Position numbers and translations under genes: made by a program. Source: Raillietiella orientalis (taxonomy: Eukaryota). Taken from it: a DNA stretch of 64,000 nt. The stretch lies in contig JAYWIR010000001.1 in assembly GCA_036172245.1 (NCBI GenBank), forward strand, positions 2,728,001 through 2,792,000. Reading direction: 5' to 3'. Numbering within the stretch: position 1 is the stretch's first letter; the number at the start of each line of letters is the position of its first letter. This document shows positions 1 to 12,957 of this stretch, one piece after another. The notes under the pieces are model-generated. The model had not been told where the DNA came from. It ran no database searches and saw only the letters and a list, made by a program, of their open reading frames with translations.

Positions 1-3000
1 GAATTCTTGCGTTCCTCCTCCCTTGATGGCCATTTTCCCGTCTTCCGGTCATTCTCTCTCCTCCCCGCAAGTGCATCTGGACCCATGCGTCTTGAGCGCA
101 GCTCTCAGGTCCCAATGCAGAGAAGGTAGCAACTCCCAGACCCCCAAGGGTGCTTTTAACCTTTTTTCCCATTGCAGATCCCTAGAAGAAGGCTGCCATT
201 TCACATGCTGACTTTTCCCCAGGCATTGGAGGGGCACCTGCTCACCAAAATGACCCCATGGCAGGCATGGTCCGTGTTGCGTGTTCCTCTTTCCACTCGC
301 CTGTAGAAGGAGCGGATCCACTTTCTCGGCTGGCGTGGCAGCACGAGTCTCGACCTGCTATCATCACCGTTCGGCTGGTGCCACCGGCCAGAGCTCCTTC
401 CTCCGCTGAAGGGTTTCGTCCAGGGAGACAGCCATGCCCTCAGCTCTTATCGTGGGTCTGCTCAAACTCGTGCCCGCACACGTGCGGGGTCTTCCTCACC
501 TCTTCGGTATCCGGGGGAGCATCCAGGAAAACGGCAAAAGAAACCGCTCCGCTCCCCCTCTAAGGCCCGCGCGCAACTCCCAGTGAGTCGGGGATTTCAG
601 AGAGCTCCGGTGCGACTGAGACGACCTTCGTTTGGCATGCTTCCTAGGGAAGTTGCGCTTGTCCATGAACCGAAGACCTCCAGCATCTGGAGACGTCTCG
701 TTATTCTTTTGGCAGGATGAAACGCTCCACGACGTCGTCGTCATCGTCGTCCACCATGTGCTCCCCAAGATGCGCGCGCGCCTACCCCAGGCCACCCTGG
801 GGCCTGCATTGCAGAACGATCCGTTTCCTAGGGTGCTACCTGGGGACCGTGGAACTCCCTTGGCGCTCGTAGGGAGCCCCAGGGACTCCAGCGCTGAGTG
901 CGGCTCTTCTCACGCCTTCCCGCACCAACAGTTCTCCTGCACCACCTGCCTACCGTCTCCTCGGCTTGCGCGTTTCCACTGACAGTGGGGAAGACCACAG
1001 CAGGGGCAGTTCCGATCTCCTCCACCCGGAGGCTCTAGTTTTCCATGCCTCCCCGTCATGGAGCTCTTCAGACGGGCGACCCTGGCCATTTCCTAGGCGC
1101 AGCGGAGGGAAGTCGTGGTGGATCCGCAAATCCTCTGAACTGAAGGTCCTCCCTTCCTTTGCTAGCCTTTTCCGAACTTGGTCCGGGTGCTGCTCCATAC
1201 ATGATAGCGGCAGCAGCAACCGTCGTCCGCGAACCGGCGGCGAAAGGAGCATCCCTAAACCCGTCGGTCGGGATCCCCGCTCCGGAATCCCTGCTAGGGC
1301 TTCCCCCTCTCTGCTGAGGGCGACGAAAGCGGGCCAGACAGAGGAGGCACTCCAGGTCGAGGGAGCTGCCGCCTTCCTTGGCCCCCTTTTTTTCCAGAAC
1401 AGAAGGGCAGGCGAGGGAGCCTCAGGAGAAACAGGAAAGCCGAAAAAAAAAGGAAGGGGCACTCCCGGATAGACGCGTCTCTGCAGGCAGAGACTCTCCG
1501 GTCTCCTCCGACAGCCGAGTACCTGTCCAAGAATTCTGCAGACATTCCAGGAGGTGAAGGGGAGGGAACGGTGGGCTTCCAGCAACAGCGACTTTCCAGG
1601 GACGCCCCTGACGCCCAGCATCATCGACGGACGGAACACCTCAGAGTACTCATGTAAAAAAAAAAAAAGAAAGAAAAAGTGTTGGGGGATAAGTGCGTGG
1701 TGCATGATCCTCATCAGGGTAGCAGCAGATGAAAGCATCCCGAGATGCACGCTACACGCGTGGCTCGCTTTTCCCTTTTTTTTTTTTTTTTGACCACCCG
1801 GAGAGCTCGGCCCTTGTGGGCTTCTACGCATCCAGGGGACTGGAAGCGCTCGCGATGGCTCCTGGTCTCCCGCACGCCCGAGGTGGGAGCGGCTGGAGGC
1901 AGAGGAGAAAGAGCGCGCCCGCCGCGCGTTGCATGTGACCCGGACGGACCGCGCCGCTGGCACCAAGACCCTGCTCGACACGAGTGGCGACCGCAGCAGC
2001 CACCGTTGACCGCGTTCGCTGGGTTTGTCAAACCCGGAAGGCGTGAACGGGAACGGGTCGCGCGCCTCGAGCGGCGGCGCCCTTTTCTGTTGCGCCCGCC
2101 CCCCCGCGCTCCGCCAGGGACCGCTCGCGAAAGATCGCACCGCCGTCATCTGCACGGGCCGACCTTCCCTCCACGCAGCCGGGAGGGAAGATTGGACTTC
2201 CGGTACGTGCACGGGAACACTGGCACACTCCAGCTACACACGTAGCAGACGAAAGAGCACTTGCGGCTGGTCTGTGGATCCCAGCCTCCATGGAGCAAGC
2301 GATCTTCGGCATCCTCTGTACAAACGTGCGACTTGACAATGCACGAAAATTCGATACTAGTGCGCGCATGTGGGTGAGGAGGACGGAAAGGGGCAATCAG
2401 TGCACCGTAAAATGCCCCCCACACGAGTGGTTACCTCCCTCCGGATGATAAGAACATGGGCACTTGGCAAGAGTACACAAGTACAGTTTCCCGCTTAAGG
2501 ATATGTACAGAGGGTACGTTCGCTGCCTGTGGATATGCCTACGACTTGTACAGTTGTCTGTCGTAGCGCGGGATGGTACGCGCCTGCTTGCACTCGCGCA
2601 TGAGCACGCCGCGTGGATGCGTGAGCACGGGTCAGGCCGACTGCCCAAGGATGTCCCGAAGCGCGATGCCGGCGTCTCCAGATTTGACAGGCTCTCCGGA
2701 TCGGAGAGATTTCTGGAGCGATCCTGGAATTATTCCCGGGAGAAGCGGATGGAATGGGCACCAGTATCTTCCCGCCCTTCTCGAAATCCTGGGACGCGAT
2801 ACCATGCTCTCGGGTAGGCTGGGATGGGGATCCTGTGGGGAGGGGAAGAGGGAGCCGCTCGCGACCTTCAGGGTGGGTCGGTGGGGATTCCACCTTGAGG
2901 ATGACCCCGCGAAGTGACCGAGTTGCCCGGCTCCCGCGGTGATGCCGCGGGACCCCGCCGTCCCCACGACGATGACGACGACGACCTGCACCCTCAAGTG

Positions 3001-6000
3001 GGGAACAGAAAGGAAGAAAACAAGGAGGAATGGAGACATGAAGGCCTCCACCGCCACCCGCCATGTCGCATCTCCGCGGAGGACGGTCTCTGGCGAAGCA
3101 CGAGGCGAGGAAAGGGGGGGGGGAGGGAAGGGGGGGGGAAACCCTGTGTGTCCTGAGGGAGACCAATACAGGAAGCAAGAGTCTCCCTCCTGTTCCTTCC
3201 CGGGAAGCTCTCCCCGCTGTCTGGAATATTACCCTGGGCAGACGCCGGGACGGTAAATGGCCAGCCTTTCGCTCGGTGGGACGCCGAGACGCTAGCGAAG
3301 TCCGGGCTTCCGCCGTTTCCATGACCCAGTTTCCCGGAGCATTCTCATCGCTGTCGTCTCCAAGCCGCGCTCGTGGCTGCTGCTGATGCTGCTGCTGTGT
3401 TTCTCTTCCTCTCTCTCTCACTCGGCTCACCCCCCCTCCCCTTCTCCCCTTCTTTTTCTTCTTCTTCCTGTCCGCGAGCGAAGTCGCGTCGCCCCGTCTC
3501 CAGGACGAAACCCGGGGCTAGAGAGCGGGGAACTGGGGAGCCGAATTTTCGAGAGAAACCGGGAGAGGAAGGAGAGGAATTCGGAAGTCGACAATGACCT
3601 CAGCTGTGGGAGCGAAGCGAGGAGCAACGCCAGGAGAGTCACAACACACACACACACACACAGGAGCCGTCCTTCGCTCCGCGGATATCCCCACTCCCTC
3701 TCCGAGCGTGCAGCGGGGAAAGGAGGAAAAAGAGCTCAAGAGATGGAGAAGGAACGGAGGTCATCAAGATGGAGGGCAACTCAGGCGGCGCCTGCAGCCT
3801 GAGGGGAAAAAAAGGAGAAGTCCCCCGGGACAGGGGGCCTTTAGAAAGCGGAAAGAAGGGGGAAGCTGAGGAGGGGCAGAAACGATGTTGTGCAGTGGGG
3901 TCAAGGGTGGACGCGCGCCGCCCTTCACTCCTCTCGGGGATGCACAGCGCCCAGAGGAGCCGGCCGTCGCGCAGGCGCAGAAGATCCCGCGGCGCTCACA
4001 GCCGAGAGGCGGCTCCTCCATCTGAACGGCTCAATTCGCGGGACCACAGAACCCGGAAGCGGGGGACCAAAACAACTGGGGGGAGGAAAAGATGCTGGGG
4101 ACAGCTCGGGACGTCCGCCTCTTCCCGAACCCATGATCGAGGGATCTCGAACTCCCGGCGGGAAATCCAGGAGCAGGTTCGAGACGCGCGCCCTCGAGCT
4201 CAACCGTCCGGTCCACCGTCCCAGTCTCTGTTACTCCTGCGCACGAGGTTACGCAGGAGCTCCCCAAGGGCGTCCGAGCCGGAGAGACGCGAAGGGCTGC
4301 CTTCCGCAGTCGGGCATGAAAGCGAAAGCGGCCTCCGAGGGTGATGTGTCCCGACGGAACTGAGCAGCAGCCCGAAGCGTGGACGGGGGGGGGGAAGAGG
4401 TGTTTTTATCGCAGATGAAAGCGGTTGCTCCCCAAAACAAGGCGTCTAGCCGGATCGACGGGTTCGAGGAAGCTGCTTTACGAGAGGTCGGCAAGCGAGT
4501 GGATGACCCGCACCCTATTGGTGAAGAACATTATATATATCTCTCTCTCTATCGAGAGAGGACAAGGGAGGGAGAGAGCAACCGCGATGTGGATGGGGAG
4601 ACGGGCAAATGCCCTCGAGGTCGAGTAGAAAAGAGTTGTCAATGGCACCGAGTTTTGGAGAGGGAAGGCAGCTGGAAAGGAGAACAAGGAGACCTCGGCC
4701 GCCCCGTGGATCTTAGAGCAGACTCATGGGCAAACCAGCAGAAGGAGAGCCACATGAGGGTGCCACGGGAGCTCCTCTCGTCCTTCTTCCGCCTCCCGGA
4801 GAGATAAACAAGCGCGCAGTTTAGGCGAGGCCGCCTTCTCTTTGCTGGAGGTGGCAGGAGGGACTGACCTCGCGAAAAGGGAAGAACGGACGACCGGAAG
4901 CAAGTGAGGTAGGGAAAAAGGGAGGGAGGGGGCGGCTCCGAAGAATAGGACGGGGCAGCTAAAGGCACGAGTGGGAGCCGGGAGGGCACCTGCCTGCCCA
5001 GCTCTCCGGGGTCCCCCTATCGCGTCCCACTCAGCCAGTCCCGACACCACAAAGCAAGCAGACCTTGCTCATCCGGGAATGCTCGGAACTTTTCCCTCAC
5101 CCTTCTCCTCCCGCCGCCTGCGGGAACTCCGCGATTGAAGGAGCGCAGGACTCCAGAGAGCACAGGCGTAGCTGCGCCCTGCATCTTCCCGACGCGGCTC
5201 TCTCCTCCTCCCTCTTCCCACCAGGAACGCCGCCCTTGCCACCCGCTCCCTCCCCTTCCTCCTTGCTCCCACCGTGAGAAGCGGAGGGAGCTACCGAGTT
5301 ATCTCAGCAGGTCTTCGGAGGGATCCGGGGCGCCGAAGACCGACCCACTAGAGACCTTTCCCTGACGTCAGCCAAAGACACTCCAGCTTATCTTTAGCCT
5401 CTCTACCGTCCCGCGTGGTTCCCTCCGTGAGATAAGAGTGAGATAAGAACCAGGATCTCTCCTGGCGAAGAGCGCGCTCCGTTGGCAGGAAGTCAACTAT
5501 GGGCTCTCGTTCTGCGAAGGAAGGAAGCGCAAAAGTCCTCCTCCGTCCCCCCCTCTCTCCCCTTTCGTGCTCGTGCGTGCACATGAGCGGTGGCGACGCG
5601 CGCGTTGGCAGCAGCAGCCACTTCGCAGGAACGCGCGCGCGGGTTCCTACGAAGCATTCAGCGCGCGCGCTGAGGAGAGGGCTGAGCAGAGGGAACCCAC
5701 CCCGCGGCGACGTGACGTCGGTGGGAGTCCTTTCGCAGCCGGGACAACGGAACGGCCCGCCGGCGTAATCGCAGGAACGGCGTGCCCCCGACGTCGTCGT
5801 CACAAAGGGACGCACGCTCTCGAGGAGCGGGAAGCCGGGCAGGACAAAAGGATCACTTCTCCGGGAAGCAATACTCTTTCTCAAGGGGCAAGGTGCGGGA
5901 CCGGGGAGGGAGACGCTCCTCCCGCTGCTCTGGGAGCAAAAGGAACGCTCCGGCGAGGTCAAACATCTGGCAAGGCCAGAAGGGGGATTCCCGGAGGCGT

Positions 6001-6613
6001 TTCGCATCCGGATCACGTAGCTCCTTTGGGAGCAACCCTCCCTCCCAGGACAAAGGTAACTCGGTGGAAGAGAAGAAGGGCGGAAGTGCAAGAGGGAAGG
6101 GTCTCGTGGAGGCACACACCAAGCCGGGAGGGCTGCCGCGTCTCCCTACCCGGGGAAGCACGGAGCACGTGAAGGAGTCGAGGTGATGAGCGTTCCCTGA
6201 GGGCCAGCGGGAGGATGACCTCTCTTCCCTCTGAGAGCCACATCGCCTGCCGTCCTCGAGCGCAGCTGCTGGATCTCCTGAGGCGGGAGTCGCGTGGTCC
6301 CTCTCGCTCTCGGCTCGCGGTGAGCCAGGCCGAAGAACCGGCGACGGAGCAGGGAGCGACCTCGCATGTGGTCGCCGACCTCCCTCTCCCTCTCACTCCC
6401 TGATGTCTCACTTCCCCTTTCTCCTAGGGCACTTCGCCGTCGGAAGCTCCCTCAGGAGGTACCCGGACAATGACATGCGGGCGCTCCTTGCTGTCTGTCC
6501 TGAGGAGAAGCACCGGAGTCTCCTTGGCACCACTGTAAGCGACCCAGCTCCTCGGCGGTGGCCGGGAGACGTGCGAGTCTCCAGACGACGCTTCATGTCG
6601 TTCGTCCGAGTAA

Positions 6614-6665
6614 CTCCGAGGTGCAACCTCCGAGGTGCAACCTCCGAGGTGCAACCTCCGAGGTG
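6614..6665 (+). repeat. 14-bp tandem repeat (ctccgaggtgcaac) x about 3.7
   Basis: Exact units read directly from the sequence. Confidence 0.9.
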
Positions 6666-6769
6666 GCACTCGCGGTCCCTCCCCAGTGTGGGATCGCCCT
6701 TAGGCGAAAGCCCATAGGCAGTGCTCTTCCTTCCTTGGGGACCCGACTGCTCCGGGACGATGAAAATCT

Positions 6770-7490
6770 CTCTTCTCCGCTTCCCTCCCAATTTCCATGT
6801 TTTTCTTTGGTCCGCTACGTACTGAAGAACCATCGCGTTGCCTGGAGGCTCGCGAAACTCCTCGACGCTATCCACGCCCACCCGCGAGTACGTATGGACT
6901 CTTCAAGTTAGGGGAGGAGCCACCGTGTGAATCCAGGAAGGGGTCCGGAGGGAGAAGTCCGTCCCCCATTCACGCTCTTGAGATGAATTTCGAAGGGATC
7001 CTCGCCCTAGTTGCCTCCGAAGAGGACCCCATTCTCTTTCCCATTCTTTCCGGAGCGATCCTCGGAAAGGAGCACGCTATTGTTTTTTTTCCGGAGGGAA
7101 CCCGCAAGAAAACCGTTCCTTGCATCCTCCTCCTCTGGAGAGAACCCCGAAGGGGTGCTTCTTAATTTTCTCCGGAGGGTCACTCCCTGAAGGGAGCAGC
7201 GCGCTTCTTTACACTCTGAAGAGGTGTCGATCCACCAGCCTTGTGGTGCGAGATGGACGGCACCATCTTCCCAACCGGAGGGAAGCGTTCCTGGATTCCT
7301 GGAAGGACCCCAGAGGGTCGACTTCTAATCCGGGCAGGTCGGGGGGCTTCCGGCTTTCACCAGTGCCTCACCCGAAGCCACAAGACAACGAGCGTTATCC
7401 TGCGAGAGGAAGCTCATCCTTTCCTTCGTGGGACTCGAACCCGCTACGCCTGGTGCCGCGCACGGGGGTCGCAGCCGCACGGCCGCCGAC
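6770..7490 (-). mobile_element. tRNA-derived SINE-like repeat, copy A
   Basis: Minus-strand head with B-box GGTTCGAGTCCC (+ gggactcgaaccc near 7430). Body blocks actcttcaagtta, agaaccccgaa and ttcctggaaggaccccagagg are shared with the other copies; purine-rich tail. Ends approximate. Confidence 0.7.
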
Positions 7491-9159
7491 TCTGGCGCCT
7501 CCTCTCCGGAGGACATTCTCGAACTGCCCAAAGTAGGCAGGATAGTTAGGTCGTTTCCGTACCAGCTGCAGGGATCTGCGAGTGCCCTCCCTTGGACCGC
7601 GGTGGAGGTTCCCTTCGGAGCTCCCGCACCTTGAGGGCGTCGCCCATGACCGGCCGCGTGGAGTTCTCGGCAGGCGCCGCGACCGCGGCGTTCCACTGTA
7701 TTCACGTGGGCCATCGTGGCCGCTCGCCACGTGCTGGAGCCTCGGGGCGCAGCGGAGGGAGGCGGCTTGCATGGCAGTCACTTTTCCGAGGACCGCAGCG
7801 AGGGTGGCCCCATCCGGACGGAGAAGTCGCCAGGGGGTTCGTCAGCATTCCGCAACGTTCCCGATCGGGAAGAAGCAGCTGCTACCTCTTCTGTCCCTGT
7901 CCCATCCCTCCCTTCCCTTTCTATATTTATTTGTCGCTCCCCCCCCTTCCCTCCTGTTCCTGACTTCTTGTGAGTGACAGACTTGCGAAGCCCGTCATTC
8001 CCCCTGACAACGGGGGGTTCCTGTAGATTCGCTTGTTCTTTTACGGAAAAAACGACCCAGGGTGACCGGACGAAAGCGCGCGCCTGCATCGGTCCAGGAT
8101 CCTCTTGCGGAGTGGGAGGTCCGTCACCCGTGCGCGCGATGGAGGGTTGGCCCGCAGAGGAGCCACATCCGATGACCTCTACCGGGGCCTGGAAGCGCGG
8201 GAAAAAGTTGGGTCTATCCGCAACACTTTGAATCCCAGATCGACACCCTTCCTCCGCCACCGGGGTGCCGCCGCTATCTTGCCAGCGCACCGAAGTCCCC
8301 CTCGCTTACTGGAGATTCTTAACGCGCCCCAGTGGGGATACTCGCAAAAGTTCGCAGGATGCAGCAGAACTAGACCCCTGGCACTCGGGATGCGCTCGCC
8401 TTTCTCGGGAGACGCCGAGAGCAGCCCTCGCCTGCCCGTTGCCTCCCCTCTGGCCGTCTTCTGCCCCGCGCTGGCGACGGCAGCTGTGAAACGGAAAAAC
8501 GCAGCGCAGTGGTCAACCAGAGTAGTCTCCTACAAAGCGGTAGCGTTTCCGCTGCATCAGCCTGGCAACGGCTGCGTGTCGGTGGCTAAGGGGGAAAGGG
8601 ACGAAGCGAGCAGCGCTGAAGGGCACCAAAGCCCAAGCGATCTTCCCCCGGTCTGGCAGCTGTGCGCTCCCGGAAGTCGCAGCGACGGCCTCTCTCATCA
8701 CTGACTGAAGGTCACCGCCCCCCAGCAAGAGGCGTGAGTCCACCGCACCACTTCTTCAGACAGTACGATAAAGCGAAGCGCAGACATTCTGGTGGTAGGT
8801 CGAAGCCGTCATCAAGCTGCAGCAGCAACAGACGCTACTGCTGAGCTGCGGATGCCGTTGGACCAATGAACCTTCTCCTGGAAGGACTCCGAGGAGCAGC
8901 TGCGTCTGGAAAGATTCGCTTCACTCATCTGCAGGAGATTCGTGATGGGTGGATCCACCGCACCTGTTGGTCCGGAAGACGGGCAAATCAGAGATGCTGA
9001 AGATTAGCAGGTGGCGTAAGCAGCCTCACGGTGTGCTTACGCGAGGATCGCGTGAACACATCGCGAGGGTTTAAGCGGAAGGACTCCTTGCAGGAGTGCC
9101 ACTGCATCGCAGCTCTGGAGAAAAAATTTGCAGAATGAGAGCGAAGAAACATTCTCCCC

Positions 9160-9223
9160 ACCGAACTTCACGCTGCTCGCCCGGAGCAGGTCAGGTCCAG
9201 GGTGAGCAGCGTGAGGTTCTGGT
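9160..9223 (+). ncRNA. Pre-miRNA-like hairpin (candidate only)
   Basis: About 26 pairs including two G-U wobbles, two 1-nt bulges and a 10-nt loop. Not recognised as a known miRNA. Confidence 0.25.
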
Positions 9224-9589
9224 AACGGGATGCAGGAGTGCCGATCAGAAGGCGGGCTGCTGATCCATCGTCTTCAGCATTTCATCGAAGACACGGAAGA
9301 CCTCCGTTCCGGGGGAAGGATTCAATCACCATCCTCATATCCAAATCCTCAGATGAGCCAGATGACGGGAAAGCATCGTTGGAAAAAGACTCATGTTCTG
9401 GATACTCAGATAATCCTCGTTTCGACCACCAATGTACCGCAAGAACTTCAGGGACAGCTCGATGATCTGTGATCTATTTGATGATCGATGATCTATTTGA
9501 TGATCTATGCATGGGAGAGTCTGCCTGTTTGTGAATGACAGGAAGTGTGCACTAGGGAGCGGTTGCACTTTGTGGGGCCCTGCCAACCT

Positions 9590-10350
9590 CTCCTCAGCTT
9601 TTCTTTTCTTTTTTTTTTCCGGATTCTCAGCGAGTGCTGAAGAACCGTTTGCCTTTCTAAGGGAGTTCACAGCGCTATTTCACTCTGGTCACGCCATTCG
9701 GGGAGAGGACGTGTTAACTCTTCAGGTTATAAAGGTGACCCGGGAGAGGACCACCCTACGAGTCCGGGAAGGCTCAGGAGGAAGAAATCCAAGTCTCTCA
9801 GGAGGAGAATTCTCTAACTCCTGGCAGGGAAACCCCGAAGGAAATCTTATGCTCTCTGAAGGGACTCCTGGAGGGGACCAATCCTCATTTCTTCCTCAAT
9901 CCTGATTTCTTTCCCTTCTGCTCCTGAAGAGAATAAAAAAGAGAACCACGAAGCGACGCTTCCCGATCTCTCTAAAGGGTCGCTCCACCGGAGGCAGCAG
10001 AGCGCTCTTTGTACTCTAGAGAGGCAACCTCCGAAGGTCCTCCCTCGGAGGTATCAACCAGTTTCATGGGACGGTTCCATTTTCGCAACCGGTGGGGAAT
10101 CCTGAAGGGCTTTATGGTGTCCTGGAGTGACCCAGAAGGGTCGACTTTCAATCTCGGTCAGCCAACGGGTGCATCCTAAGGCTTTTGGTTTCAAACAGTG
10201 TTATCTTGAGGGGATAGGGGGGGATTCGGAACCCACAACGCCACCCCATTTCTCGGCGTAGATCCTTCCCTAGTGGGATTCGAACCCGCAACGCTGAGTG
10301 CCACGCGTGGAGGAAGCGCAGCCACAAGGCCGCCCACGCAGGCATGAGGG
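9590..10350 (-). mobile_element. tRNA-derived SINE-like repeat, copy B
   Basis: B-box GGTTCGAATCCC (+ gggattcgaaccc near 10275); shared blocks actcttcaggtta and gggtcgactttcaatc; T-rich tract near 9600 is an A-rich tail on the minus strand. Confidence 0.7.
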
Positions 10351-12169
10351 CATCTTGTGAACGACCCAGAATTGCCTGAAAGGAAGCCGCTCCAGGGGGT
10401 ACAAACACCTCGACAAGCCGTTTGCAGTTGAGACCGCGATAGACCGTGGGCGCCCTCCTTCCGGCAGAGGCTCCTGGCTGCACTAAAAACCACCATCCGG
10501 GACCAGTACCTCTCCAGTGGTTTGGTGCCCCTACCTTGAAGAGATTGGACCACCATGGGCGGGGAGGTGAGAGCGGTGACCAACTGATACCTCTGAGTGC
10601 CCCTAGTGGGATTGTGAAAGGAAAGCGCCAAGTGTACCTGGCATGAGAAGAACTAGGTGCCTGCAAGTTCACTGCAGGAGGAAGCTGCTGGCGTTATCCG
10701 CTCCGCTTTGTGATCCTGACTGGAAGGAGGAAGATTTCAACGCCACCCACCCCGATGGGAATACTTCCAGGAAAGAACACTGAGAGAATTCTCCAGGTCA
10801 TCCGATAACACGGAGGGGAGCGTCGGGTGGTCGGCCTCCATCCTGATGGAGATTCCCTGATGCTTCACGGACGTAGACATCCCGCCAGAAGCTGAGGTTT
10901 CCTCTCTGAAGAAATCGTGGGGGGTTGAAGATCCGTTCCAGTGTACGCGCGTGACCCCGTGCAAGAAGACACAGGAAACCCTTATTCAGAAGCACCCGGA
11001 CCAAGAGCAATTCCCTCCCGGCCTCCGGAAGGCATCGAGCACCGTGCCATCCCCCATTTTTTGGATACTGATTGCGACTTTCGGATTGCAAATTCGTGCC
11101 CGGAGTCCAGCCCAACTCGGCGGTCATCAGAGGAGCAAGAAAAAGTTAAGGCAAAGGCGGAACTTGCTGCAGATATACGACATGGGATGACCACCTGAAC
11201 TTCATCCAGCAGCTGCGGAAGATGAGCAGGCTTTCTCATCTCGAGGGTGGAATGCGTCGATCACGAGTCTCGAAGGAGAGAGGCTAGATGACAATTCTGA
11301 ACGAGTCCTGCCCTTCGAGGACACACCGCAGAAACCACTCAGACTTGCTCGAGAGGACAAGGAAGGGAAGCACCAGGGCATACCTCCCCGGATATCTTCC
11401 GAAGGAACGGGAAGGGATCGTAGCGCCCGTACACGCCTGATCGTCGTGACGCCACTGGAACCAGCCGAGACTTCCTAACTCGGGAATCGCTCAATTCCAC
11501 TCCAGCCACCCGAGGGAGTCCCACAGAGTCTTTAAGAGTTGGATGCAGCAGAAGCACCTGCCCGACGCATAGCACCGCACGCTTCGAATGACCCGAAGAT
11601 CCGATTACAATTGGGTCCACAAAAAGAGGAGACTCGTCGCGGTGGAGGTTTGCCAGAGGGCAGCTCTGGCGCGCTGTCTGCAGAACCCAGCACGCAGGGC
11701 AAAGGCGCAGCCTCGGAGTCCAAAGGCGGACGCCCGCCGGAATCTCATCCGGCGGGCGGTGGTCGCAGGGAGAGGGGTCATCGTTTGGTCCGCCGCGAAC
11801 GTCGAACTCTCGAGGAATCGGGTTTGAACCTCAGCAGCGACGTCCTGCCCGAGTCCGCTTGATAGGGTCTGCCCCCTTCGTTCCTCCTACTCGGCAGTTG
11901 CGCTGCGGGGATGCGGAAGAAGCACAACAGAGGCTGAAGACCAGATCTCTCCACTGATGGATTCAGGGATCGGGGTACGGACCCACAGTCGACAGGGAGA
12001 GGAATGGGGAAAACATCCTATTCCTACCCCACTCACCACTCCCAACTCTGTAACGACCGTTCCGATTTTAAATGGACGAGCCGAGTACCGAGCCAGGGAA
12101 GCGTTCGTCCTGGCTTTGGAGTGGCTCCCCTTTCTGCTCCAGTCCCTCAGTTCACGCGTTTTGCTCCTT

Positions 12170-12957
12170 TCTTCCTCCCCAGCCCCCCCGGACAGTTCTT
12201 CCCTTCTTTCCTCCATCCATAGCCAAGTGGCTCCAGAACCGTCGCACGCCTGGCGGCTCACGAAGCTTTCCGATGCTGCCCACTCCACCCGAGGGTGAGT
12301 GTCACTCTTCAAGTTATAGGGGCTACTCCGGGCGAGGACCCTGGGAGTTCAGGAGGGCTCTGGGGAAAGGAGCCGGTTCCTCTCATGCTTGGGAGGGAAT
12401 TCCGAAGTGAACCTTCACCCTGTCTGCCTTCGAAGAATACCGAAGGAAACCACCTCTTGGATATTCTCTCCGGAGGGACTCCCAGAAGGGGACTAATCCT
12501 CGTTTCTTCTCCGAAGGAAACCCGTAAAGGATCCAATCCTGGAATTTCTTCTCGATAAGGGAACTGCTCCTTGCGTCCTTGTCCTCTGAAGACAAGAACC
12601 CCGAAAGGACTCCTACAGACTCCTACACAAGACTCCTAAGTCCTTCTGCTGGAGGACACATCTTCACACTCTGGAGAGCTGATGGCCCACCAGCTCCATG
12701 GTACGGGATGGACGGCTCCATCTTCCTAACTGGAAGAGAACTCTGAAGGGTTTCTCGATTCCTGGAAGGACCACGGAGGGTGCGACTTTTAATCCCGACA
12801 GATCATCAGGGGCTCTCGGTTTTCCAGCTCCCGTTTCCTCCTCCTCTTCTTCTCTTCAGAGTTCATGCCGCTTTCCTGTCCTCGTTTCCTCCCTTTTGGG
12901 ATGGAGAGAGAATCCAGCTCGGACGTGGTGCGGGCACAGGAGTGCGTGGAAGGCCGT
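12170..12957 (-). mobile_element. SINE-like repeat, copy C (degenerate head)
   Basis: Shared blocks ggctcacgaagct, actcttcaagtta, agaaccccgaaaggac, gatggacggctccatcttc and ttcctggaaggacc, in the same order as the other copies. Confidence 0.65.

Noticed and set aside
1-6. Window starts with an EcoRI site GAATTC
   Set aside because: At most a clone or contig end; no biological meaning.
950-2212. 420-aa ORF and other long ORFs in the first 22 kb
   Set aside because: Arg/Pro/Ser/Gly-rich, run through homopolymers, overlap in several frames and show no domain; expected in GC-rich DNA.
6614-6665. CRISPR-like repeat array
   Set aside because: No spacers, a 14-bp unit, eukaryotic context and no cas genes.
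10270-10350. tRNA gene suggested by GGTTCGAATCCC
   Set aside because: No cloverleaf or anticodon arm could be built; it is the head of a dispersed repeat.
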